Of a DNA stretch of 64,000 nt, positions 53,340 to 62,206 are shown piece after piece. Source of the DNA: Ranitomeya imitator (lineage: Eukaryota); assembly GCF_032444005.1 (NCBI RefSeq), contig NC_091282.1, positions 548,762,001 to 548,826,000 of the forward strand, in the 5' to 3' direction. Every line of letters begins with the position of its first letter. The stretch's first letter is position 1. Made by a program: the position numbers and the translations under genes. A model generated the notes under the pieces. It made no database searches, had not been told where the DNA came from, and saw only the letters and a list, made by a program, of their open reading frames with translations.

Positions 53340-56100
53340 CTGCCTCTGCTGGATTGGAGTTGTGTTTCTCTCACCTGTACTCCTTGGTTGTCCAAGGAAC
53401 TGTGACTTCTGCTGCCAGCGTTTTCAGGTAGGAATTTTTTTTAATAATTCCACAACAAGGGCCCTCTAGTACTGCCCCATTTTAGTAGACCTGTCTGCCT
53501 CTGGAATAAGAGATAGAAAGTTCTCCTTGTAGCATGGGTCTAGAAGTGTCACCAACCAATAATGACTGTCACCTAAAATTTTGGGAATGTGAGGGTCACG
53601 GTCAAGGCAGGGTAGCATAAACTCGGCTATGCGTGCCAGACTGCTAACAGCCAAGACTTCCATGTCCTCACCTAGAGGGCAACTGACCGTGCTCTCCTCC
53701 TCCTCTTCCATGTCCTCAGGCCATTGATGCTGAACAGACGGTATGACAGTTGTGCTTGTAGTACATCTATAGCGCATGAAAGTAGCTCCTGGTCTTCCTC
53801 CTCCTCCTTTTCCTCATTGCCACCCAATCAACGAAGGGATGAGATGAGGCTGGGCTGTGTGTAATAACCCTGTATGGTTCCTTGCTCCATCTCATCATGC
53901 ATCACCTGCAATGTATCATCTTTGATTGTGAGCAGAGAGAGTTTCAGAACACACAGAAGTGGGATGGTGATGCTTATTATGGAGTCATCGCCGCTCACCA
54001 TCCTTATGAAGTTCTCAAAGCTTTGGAGGATGGTACATATGTCTGACATCCATGTCCACTCCTGAGATCTTATGTGTGGAGTCTGAACTGAAAAACGATG
54101 GCCTCGTGGATGCTGGTAGTCAACAACTGCTCTCTTCTGCTCACAAATCTTTTCCAACATCTGCAGTGTAGAGTTCCAATGCATGGGGTCATCACACAAC
54201 AGTCCGTGAGCCGGAAGCTGCAAACGCTGCTAAAGCACGGCGGAAGCTGTAGCTGACTTTCTAAAATGGGCACACAGGAGGAGTACTTTGACAAGCAAAT
54301 CTGGCAGCTCCGGGTAGGTTTTGAGAAACCACTGAACCACGAGGTTAAGCACATGGGCCAGGCATGGTACTTGTGTGACTTCGCCGTGCCTCAGAGCCAC
54401 CAGGTTCCGGACATTGTCACACACAACCATGCCTGGCTGTAGGTTCAGCAGTGTCAGGCACAGATCTACCTGCTCTATCAGAGCTGTCCACAACTCTTCA
54501 GCATTGTACGGTTTGTCACCTAAGCATACTAGCTTCAGCACAGCCTGTTGTCGCTTGGCTGAGGCAGTGGTGAGTGGCAACCCTGATAGACGTAGGGCCC
54601 GCAATCCTCGTTGTTGGAAGGTATGTTCCATCCCAAGGTCAAATGAGGTCCTGGCTTCCATTATGTTAACCCAGCAGGCCGTCAGCAAGATGTAGCTCCT
54701 CTGTCCACAATCACTTGTCCACGTGTCTGTGGTTAGGTGGACTTTATCAGTAACTGCATTGCTGAGGGCACAGCTAATGTTGTGGGACATGTGCTTGTGT
54801 AATGCGGGGATGGCACACCAGGAGAAAGAGTGGTGGCTGGGGACAGCCGCCAACATCAGGTTGTGGAAACCTTCCATCTCCACAAGCGTAAAAGGCAACA
54901 TTTCAATCTCAAGTACCCGCAAAATGTGTGAATTTAATAGTATGGTCTGTGGGGCATTGGCTGCATATTTGCACTTGCTTTCGAAGGACTGGGGTATGGA
55001 CCACTTAACGCTGCACTGGGACAAGGATGTGGACTTACTTGCTGATGGTGCTAGTTGAGTGTGTGCAAAGACAGGTGCAGGGCAGGAGGCATCTTCGCAG
55101 GCACCATGGACAGGGGATTGGCTTGCACGCACAACAGCAGAAGAAGTAGTAGTGTCACCCGTAGGCACTGTTCCTGGACCCTGGGGTTCGGCCCACAAAG
55201 TCGGGTGCTTTGCTGTCATGTGCCTGATCATGCTGGTGGTGGTCAGGCTGGTAGTTTTGCTACCCCTGCTGATGCTGACCTGGCAGGTGGTGCAAATTAC
55301 CTTTTTGTGGTTGTAAGCAGAGTCTTTAAAAGCAACCAGACTCGGGAAGACCTAACAGTTGGACGGGCAACTTCCGTCATGTTGGAGTTACGGGGAATGG
55401 TTGCCCACCTTCTGTCTGCGGCCGCCACACTGCTTCTTCCTGCCTGTTTGCGTGCTACGCCTCCCTACCCCTGTGTGCTGCTGTCCTCACTCTGCATGTC
55501 CTCCTGCCAGGTTGGGTCACTTCCTTTATCATCCACCACCTCGTCCTCCACTTCCGCACCTTGGTCCTCCTCCGGACTTTCTGGCAATTGTGTCCCATCA
55601 TCGTCCATCTCTTGTGACACTTTCCCACCATCGCCTTCTTGTGACCATGGCTGCTCAAATATCTTGGCATCGCTACATGTGATCTCCTTTTGCTCCACTT
55701 CAAGTGGATCGGGCGAGAGGCACGAGCCTATAAATGGAAATGTGAACAGCTCTTCGGAGTTTCCAAGTGTGGGATCAGTTATCTACCGGGCGCTCGGCAT
55801 GATGGGAGGAAGGAGGATCAGAGTGAGGAATATGTGGTCCAGTCACATGGCGGTGGTGGTGGTGGCAAAGTGACTGGAAGCATTATCCAACCAACAACCT
55901 TTTGATACTGCTCTAGTTTCAATAGTGGTGTGCATCTGCAGTCCCCTTGTAATTAGGACAGGAAGGTCTGGCGAGTAGATGTGGGTGTTTGGTGTGGCAC
56001 AATTTCAGCTTGCTCATGGCCTCGACCTCTGCATGCACCATCACCATCACGTAAACTTTCCCATCCCTTGCCAATTTTAAATGGAGTACAATATGTTCAA
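53340..56100 (-). pseudogene. hAT (ZBED-like) transposase relic; C-terminal remnant continues at ~47250-47540
   Basis: BED finger VICTTCQ...MIRHMTAKH, LTTDTW, VVCDN, CLAHVLNLVV, HWNSTLQML and LLDPCYK. Multiple frameshifts. Confidence 0.9.
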
Positions 56101-56165
56101 CTTTCACTATACGTAAATGGCTGAATTTGGAGCAAACTTATACTATGTGATAAGTGTGAGGGAAA

Positions 56166-56475
56166 ACCTCAGTTTAAAATATCTGGCCTGTAGGTAATTT
56201 TTTTTTCAGCAAACTGGTGTCAATAACTTGCCTAAGATACTGCAACAAAATTTACATTGATGCCTGAAATAACGCAATTTTGACGGCACTGATATGCGAT
56301 CCATGTGGCAGACAAACCCCAGTTTCAAATATCTGGCCTGTTGGTGACTTTTTTTTAGCAAACTGGTGTCACTAACTTGCCTAAGACACTGCAACAAAAT
56401 GTACATTGATGCCTGAAATGACACAACTTTGACCGCACTGATATGCGATCTGTGTGGCAGACAGACCCCATTTTA
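56166..56475. repeat. 150-bp tandem duplication in the hAT subterminal region
   Basis: AGTTT(A/C)AAATATCTGGCCTG at 56171 and 56321. Confidence 0.8.
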
Positions 56476-57034
56476 AAATAGCTGTTTTTTTGTTACCACT
56501 GTAATATGGAAAGGATCTAGCTGTATTTTGCAGTGTCAAAAAGCAAATGGATCAGAAAAACGATGTTCTCTGGATTGCTTTTAAAGCAAGTAATCAGGAT
56601 TAAGATTAAAAAAAATTATTCCTGGCCTCTGATACCTGGGGTTATGTCTATAAATATCTGTGATAGACAGCAGCAGACAGCACTGGAATAGATCCTATTT
56701 CCATACGCACTGCAGTCTGCCACATACACTGCCTGCCTGCCTAGCACTGATATCTATGCAGCTGTATTAGTCCAGAAAGGCCGTACTGGGCCTCCGGCCC
56801 TTGGGGGAGGCCGCCATGACAGGGTGACGTGGGACAATAGGGAGCTCGTAGGAAGTTGGGGGGTATAGGGTTAACAGAAGCTAAGAGGAGGGACGGAGTT
56901 TTTTGAATTTGAAAAAGGAAGGAGGGGTCGGAGACAGGGCAGGGGGGGCCTATATAAAAGGTGGTGGCCACGTGGAGGGGGCAACCATTTGGGTACTCAC
57001 CAGCCACAGAAGAGAAGCTCCTTGTACCCAAGCG

Positions 57035-58024
57035 ATGGATGTCGAGGCCTTGCTTCAGCAGCTCCGGGTGGAAGCAGCCGCCCAAGGGACGGATTGGCTG
57101 CAGGCTTCGGTGAACAGCCTGCTTCAGGGGTCGGTAGCCGGAGCCTCCATCGCCCCTCCAACAGGACCCCGGCCGCGGAGGTCTCGGCCTCCGGCGCGCT
57201 TTATTCCTGAGGCTACCCCCCGGGTCCGGCGCCGCATACGGAGCCCCTCCAGGGACCCTCCAGCCAGGGCCGGTGGACGCGGTCCCCCTGCTCCCCGCCC
57301 GCAGGCTGGGAGGAATCCATTCAACAGGCGGGACCTACAACAGGGGCCGGGTTCCCCCCCCCCCCCCGCGGCACAGAGGCGACGGGATCCAGGACCAGGA
57401 GCGGCGGGCGTCAGCGGCTCTGCAGGCCCTGCTCGGCGTGGAGGAGCGCGTGGAGGAGCGCGAGGAGCCAGGGGGCGGGCCCCTGTGCGGCGACGTCCCA
57501 GCGGCCGGCAGCCGGCCGGCCTGTCTTCAAGCACGCCGGATGGAGCGGCGTACAGAGGATCGTCGGCTCTGGGAGCGATGGGGGCGGCTCCGGTGAGCAG
57601 CGGGCAGCGTTCGGCTGCCTCGGTCAGCAGCGCTGCAGCGGCGCCACTCTCCCAGGACTTCATCCAAGATGGCGCCGCTGCAGGAAGTGCAGCACCACGT
57701 GGGAGAGGTCTCCGGCAAGATGGCGCCGGATCAGGGAGCCCGGCGCCTGCGCACCAGCACCAGGGACTACAGCAAGATGGCGGCGCCCTGTGGAGACCTC
57801 CCCAAGATGGCGGCGCCCTGCAGATCACGGCGGCAGCTCCGAGGGGCCCTGCAATTCTTGCCGGTTCGCCTGCTTCTGGCGGTGGGCAGCCGGTGAGGCA
57901 GGTTGACCCGGGAGCTGCGGAGCCACCAGCAGACGGAGCCAGCATGGGACCAGCACGCCTTCATCAGGACCCAGGACCCAGGACCTTCGGCTGCTGGGTT
58001 CACAGCGCCCAGGCAGCCAGGTGA
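57035..58024 (+). CDS. Ngaro ORF1 N-terminal part (R/G/P/A-rich)
   Basis: ATG at 57035 downstream of the TATA box (MDVEALLQQLRVEAAAQG...). Same frame as the 58154 gag ORF but separated by stops, from frameshifts or an intron; the TGA overlaps CAG|GTGAGA. Confidence 0.55.
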   Translation: MDVEALLQQLRVEAAAQGTDWLQASVNSLLQGSVAGASIAPPTGPRPRRSRPPARFIPEATPRVRRRIRSPSRDPPARAGGRGPPAPRPQAGRNPFNRRDLQQGPGSPPPPAAQRRRDPGPGAAGVSGSAGPARRGGARGGARGARGRAPVRRRPSGRQPAGLSSSTPDGAAYRGSSALGAMGAAPVSSGQRSAASVSSAAAAPLSQDFIQDGAAAGSAAPRGRGLRQDGAGSGSPAPAHQHQGLQQDGGALWRPPQDGGALQITAAAPRGPAILAGSPASGGGQPVRQVDPGAAEPPADGASMGPARLHQDPGPRTFGCWVHSAQAAR

Positions 58025-58153
58025 GAGCCAGCAATTTACTAATTTCAACCCCTCCGTAGCTCCCAGTGAGAGTAGGGAACGGGAGTTATTTATGGGGGGG
58101 GCCAGCGGGGGGATGGGCCTTATATTACATGGCCTTAGAGATTTAGCCAGAAT

Positions 58154-59128
58154 ATGGTACGGGGGCCCTCAAGGGGGGGGTCACCTGCAGCGGCGTGGTT
58201 AGGAATCGCGGAAGGGCCAGTGGGGACTGGGGGGTTAACAAGCCCTGAGGTAGTGTCGCTGTGTGGGGGCCAGGGTACAGCGGTCGCAGCTACATCAAGG
58301 GGGGGCGGCAGTGAAGCAGTAAGGGGTACGGGGTCAGCAGACGCGGGAGGCCAAAACGAAGGGGCTAGCAAAGATAAGGAAAATGAAGACACGGTGCGTC
58401 TGGATGATTCCGCTAGGAGCAAAGTATACGTTTGTTTTGAGGGACCGCTGGGGTCACATTTGCGGGAGGAGGTGAAGGAAAAGATCTGGAAGGGGGATTA
58501 CGTAGATATTTTTTCATTACTGCCGTTGGAAAGATTTAATCTGGATAGGTTAAGAAGAGACGATTCCAAGAAAGATGATGAGGAAAGGAGGCGGTACCGC
58601 CTAATCCCTCGTTCTTTTTCAAACTGGTTGCAGGCGTTTGCTATATTGGCAAGCGTGATAGGCGAAAAGGCACCCGAAAATTGTTTGGGACTTTTTTGCT
58701 ATATGGACGCGATTGGGGAGGCTTACAGGGTATATGGCGGTTTGGGATGGTTAAGGTACGACGAGCAGTTCAGGCAGCGCAATGCGGTACGACCAGGTAT
58801 ACGTTGGGATCATAAGGATATAGCGTTGTGGATGAGAGTTATGGCACCGGTTAGAGCGAATCAGGGAACCCAGCCATTTCAGGGGGGCGCCGGGGGTTCA
58901 GGGCAGTCAGGACACTCGGTCGCAATGCAGAAGGGACTGTGTTTCTCATTTAATGAGGGGACATGTAGATTTGGGAGCAAGTGCAAGTACAAGCACGAAT
59001 GCTCAAGTTGTGGGGGCACACACGGGGCGGCTAGATGTTTCAGAGGGGGAAAAACAAGAGGGGGAGACGGTGCTGAAAAAAGGGGAGACACCGGTGCGGC
59101 TGGACGCGATGGAAGCGTATCTAAATAG
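58154..59128 (+). CDS. Ngaro gag-like protein with tandem CCCH and CCHC zinc fingers
   Basis: KEKIWKGDYVDIFSLL, WLRYDEQFRQR and CFSFNEGTCRFGSKCKYKHECSSCGGTHGAARC. Confidence 0.85.
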   Translation: MVRGPSRGGSPAAAWLGIAEGPVGTGGLTSPEVVSLCGGQGTAVAATSRGGGSEAVRGTGSADAGGQNEGASKDKENEDTVRLDDSARSKVYVCFEGPLGSHLREEVKEKIWKGDYVDIFSLLPLERFNLDRLRRDDSKKDDEERRRYRLIPRSFSNWLQAFAILASVIGEKAPENCLGLFCYMDAIGEAYRVYGGLGWLRYDEQFRQRNAVRPGIRWDHKDIALWMRVMAPVRANQGTQPFQGGAGGSGQSGHSVAMQKGLCFSFNEGTCRFGSKCKYKHECSSCGGTHGAARCFRGGKTRGGDGAEKRGDTGAAGRDGSVSK

Positions 59129-60671
59129 ATACCCAGATGTAGCAGCAGCATCACTTTTGAGGGAAGGTTTTGCTTACGGTTTTAAAATTCCGTTTATTGA
59201 GCAGGATGTTTGTTTGTCAAGAAAGAATCTAAAGTCGGCACTGCAGTTTCCTAGCGTTGTTTCTGAAAAATTGAAAAAAGAGGTTGATCTGGGTAGGATG
59301 GCCGGACCTTTTCCAACGGCTCCAATCAGTAATTTAACGGTGTCACCGCTAGGAGTAGTTCCGAAGAAGGAGCCTAACAAATTTAGGCTTATTCACCATT
59401 TATCCTTCCCAAAAGGTCTGTCAGTAAACGACGGTATTGATCCTCAACTGTGTGCAGTTTCTTACATGTCTTTCGATGCAGCGATTAATCTGGTACAGTT
59501 GTGTGGTAGGGGAGCTGTGATGACAAAAACGGATATCGAGACGGCGTTTCGTCTGTTACCAGTGCATCCGGAGAGCATGCACCTGTTGGGCTGTTTTTGG
59601 GATGGAGGTTTTTTCATTGATCGTTGTCTTCCCATGGGCTGTTCGCTATCATGCGCCTATTTTGAAACGTTTAGTACATTCTTGGAATGGGTTGTTAAGG
59701 ATGTATCTGGTTTGAATTCGTGTTTGCATTATCTTGACGATTTCTTGTTTGTAGGCCCGCCACAGTCCGCGGCTTGCTCGATTCTACTGCACACAATGGA
59801 GAGGGTAGCAAAAGGTTTCGGAGTTCCATTAGCGGCTGATAAAACGGTTGGGCCGGTGACGACACTAAGTTTTCTAGGCATTGAAATTGATACCGTTGCA
59901 ATGGAATGTAGATTGCCTGATGACAAATTAGTCGCTTTTCGGGAAGAAGTGAGAAAAGCGTGTACCCGGCGCAAGATAACGCTGCACGATTTGCAATCTT
60001 TATTGGGCAAGCTGAACTTTGCTTGCAGAATTATGCCAATGGGCCGCGCATTTTGTCGCCGTTTGTCTTTGGCGACGGTGGGGGTAAAGTCTCCCCTGCA
60101 TTTCATCAGATTGACTAAGGAGTTGAAACAGGATTTGAAGGTGTGGGCTCTTTTCTTAGAGGAATACAATGGCAAATCCATTTGGATTCAAACAGTGGAA
60201 AACGCAGTAGATCTAGGTTTTAGCATTAACGTGATTGAAAAGCGTGGTTTCAATTTGTGGTATCGCGGTCAGGTGTTAGTGGCGGAGTGGCCACTCGATT
60301 GGCGCGAACGAGGTTTATTACAAAACCGGGTCCTATTACAGTTATTTCCTCGAGTAGTGGCGTTGTCAGTGTGGGGCGAGTCAGTGATGAATAAAAAGAT
60401 CTGTTTTTCTTGCGAAAATGTGACTGTGGTGGAAGCCATCAATTCGCTGTCTGCAGCGTCTCAAGAAGTAGTTAGGGTACTGCAGCACTTGGTTTTCATG
60501 GGGCTAAAGCTCAACTTGTGGATTGTAGCGGATTGCAGGGCAATTGAGCCTAATGCTGATGATGTTCTTTTCCATTCACAGTGGCATCAGTCTCAAGGGC
60601 CGAGGCCTTACTTGGATTCATTGTGCCGGGAATGTCCAGCGGAGCTGTGGAACCTGCCTTTAGGGCCGTGA
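58953..60671 (+). CDS. Reverse transcriptase plus a divergent RNase H-like domain
   Basis: SPLGVVPKKEPNKFRLIHHLS, KTDIETAFR, LPMGCSLS and HYLDDFL. Probable start at M(EAYL), ~59110. Overlaps the neighbouring ORFs. Confidence 0.92.
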   Translation: MRGHVDLGASASTSTNAQVVGAHTGRLDVSEGEKQEGETVLKKGETPVRLDAMEAYLNRYPDVAAASLLREGFAYGFKIPFIEQDVCLSRKNLKSALQFPSVVSEKLKKEVDLGRMAGPFPTAPISNLTVSPLGVVPKKEPNKFRLIHHLSFPKGLSVNDGIDPQLCAVSYMSFDAAINLVQLCGRGAVMTKTDIETAFRLLPVHPESMHLLGCFWDGGFFIDRCLPMGCSLSCAYFETFSTFLEWVVKDVSGLNSCLHYLDDFLFVGPPQSAACSILLHTMERVAKGFGVPLAADKTVGPVTTLSFLGIEIDTVAMECRLPDDKLVAFREEVRKACTRRKITLHDLQSLLGKLNFACRIMPMGRAFCRRLSLATVGVKSPLHFIRLTKELKQDLKVWALFLEEYNGKSIWIQTVENAVDLGFSINVIEKRGFNLWYRGQVLVAEWPLDWRERGLLQNRVLLQLFPRVVALSVWGESVMNKKICFSCENVTVVEAINSLSAASQEVVRVLQHLVFMGLKLNLWIVADCRAIEPNADDVLFHSQWHQSQGPRPYLDSLCRECPAELWNLPLGP

Positions 60672-61543
60672 AGGAGCTATTTGCTAGATCACTGTCAGAA
60701 AGGTCTTGGCTGCATTACGAGCAGGCCTGGAGTACATGGGAAAGTTGGAAGGTGTCTTACGGGTCCATTATGGACGACGAGAGCAAGCTGCTGTTGCTAG
60801 TAGGGCATGTGTGGGAATCCGGTTGGTCGGTGTCCAAAGTGAGTAAGTTTCTAGCTGGTTTAGCATTTGGTTTCAGGGCTAGAGGTTTAAACGATGAGAC
60901 GAAATCATTTATGGTAATGCAAGTGGTAAAAGGTTTGAAAAAAGGGCAGAAGTCGTTCGATGGTAGACGACCGGTCTCCTTTGAGGTGCTGTTGACAATC
61001 GGAAGGCAATTACGAGCGTTTTGTTTTTCGGATTGGGAAGTAATTTTATTCCAAGCGGCTTTTGCGTTGGCGTTTTTTGGGGCATTTCGCTTGGGGGAGT
61101 TGGTTAGCCCTTCAAGATTTAAGGGAGGGGGTTTACGGAGAGAAGACGTGGATGTTACGTCTGACAAGGTAGTGGTGTTTATTAGGTCGTCAAAAACGGA
61201 TGTAACTGGCAAAGGGTGCAAATTAGTGTTATTTCAAGTTCCAAATTGTCCATTGTGCCCGGTAATCTGCGTAGATAGGTTGATGAGAAGAGGGGGTGTA
61301 TTATCCGATCCACTGTTGGTTCATGCAGATGGTTCGTTCTTGTCGCGCTACCAATTTGTTTCAGTTTTTTGGAAGTGTTTGGAGACAGGGGGGATTTCGC
61401 CAGCGAAGTATAGCGGCCATTCATTCCGGATAGGGGCTGCAACGGAAGCAGCTAGGAGAGGGTTGGGGGATGAAGTGGTTAAAAGAATTGGGCGGTGGGA
61501 ATCGGAAAGGTTCCGGTCTTATGTTCGCCCGGATCTGGTTTAA
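60581..61543 (+). CDS. Tyrosine recombinase
   Basis: FFGAFRLGEL (R), RSSKTD (K), HSFRIGAAT (HxxR), GRW and SYVR (Y). Confidence 0.93.
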   Translation: MASVSRAEALLGFIVPGMSSGAVEPAFRAVKELFARSLSERSWLHYEQAWSTWESWKVSYGSIMDDESKLLLLVGHVWESGWSVSKVSKFLAGLAFGFRARGLNDETKSFMVMQVVKGLKKGQKSFDGRRPVSFEVLLTIGRQLRAFCFSDWEVILFQAAFALAFFGAFRLGELVSPSRFKGGGLRREDVDVTSDKVVVFIRSSKTDVTGKGCKLVLFQVPNCPLCPVICVDRLMRRGGVLSDPLLVHADGSFLSRYQFVSVFWKCLETGGISPAKYSGHSFRIGAATEAARRGLGDEVVKRIGRWESERFRSYVRPDLV

Positions 61544-61549
61544 TTTTAC

Positions 61550-62206
61550 ATGGTCACGTATTCGGTGGGTTTTCTCCAAATGATCGGTGTCAATGTTTAT
61601 TCTCTTACAGAACACGATAGAAGGCTGGTGTGGATAATGGGACACTCGTTCGTGTTCTGGGCGGCGGAGAGGGCAGCGGTTCGCCCGGATGGCCGCCAAT
61701 TGGGGTTTTCGCGGGACGTCGCAACGCTGAGATGGATCGGGAAAAGGGGGATGACATGGAGTCAATTTTTACCGGACTTCCATCGTTTCGTGCGTTGGGA
61801 CCAGGTCCCACAAATTTTAGTTATTCACCTGGGGGGTAATGACCTCGGGAAAAGGCCATGCAGGGAACTTATAAAAGATATTAAGTTCGACGTATTGAGG
61901 TTATGGGCGATGTTTCCAAAGGTCTTGGTAGTGTGGTCGGACATCGTACCGCGGAAGGTTTGGCGGGGTGCTAGGTCACCAGAAGGGGTGAACAGGGCAA
62001 GGATTAAGGTAAACAAAGCTGTTTCGAGGTTCATGGCAAGGAAGGGAGCGGTGGTGGTGCGTCATATAAATTTGGAGTCCGGTACGGGAGGTTATTGGAG
62101 GTTGGATGGGGTGCACTTGAATGCAGTTGGTACCGACATGTGGTATCTGGCGATCCAGGAGGGCATCGAAACAGCTTTGAAGGTGTGGAGGGACATAAAT
62201 GGCTAA
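61550..62206 (+). CDS. SGNH/GDSL-like hydrolase
   Basis: Block I GHSF, block III LGGND and block V DGVH are all present. Confidence 0.88.
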   Translation: MVTYSVGFLQMIGVNVYSLTEHDRRLVWIMGHSFVFWAAERAAVRPDGRQLGFSRDVATLRWIGKRGMTWSQFLPDFHRFVRWDQVPQILVIHLGGNDLGKRPCRELIKDIKFDVLRLWAMFPKVLVVWSDIVPRKVWRGARSPEGVNRARIKVNKAVSRFMARKGAVVVRHINLESGTGGYWRLDGVHLNAVGTDMWYLAIQEGIETALKVWRDING

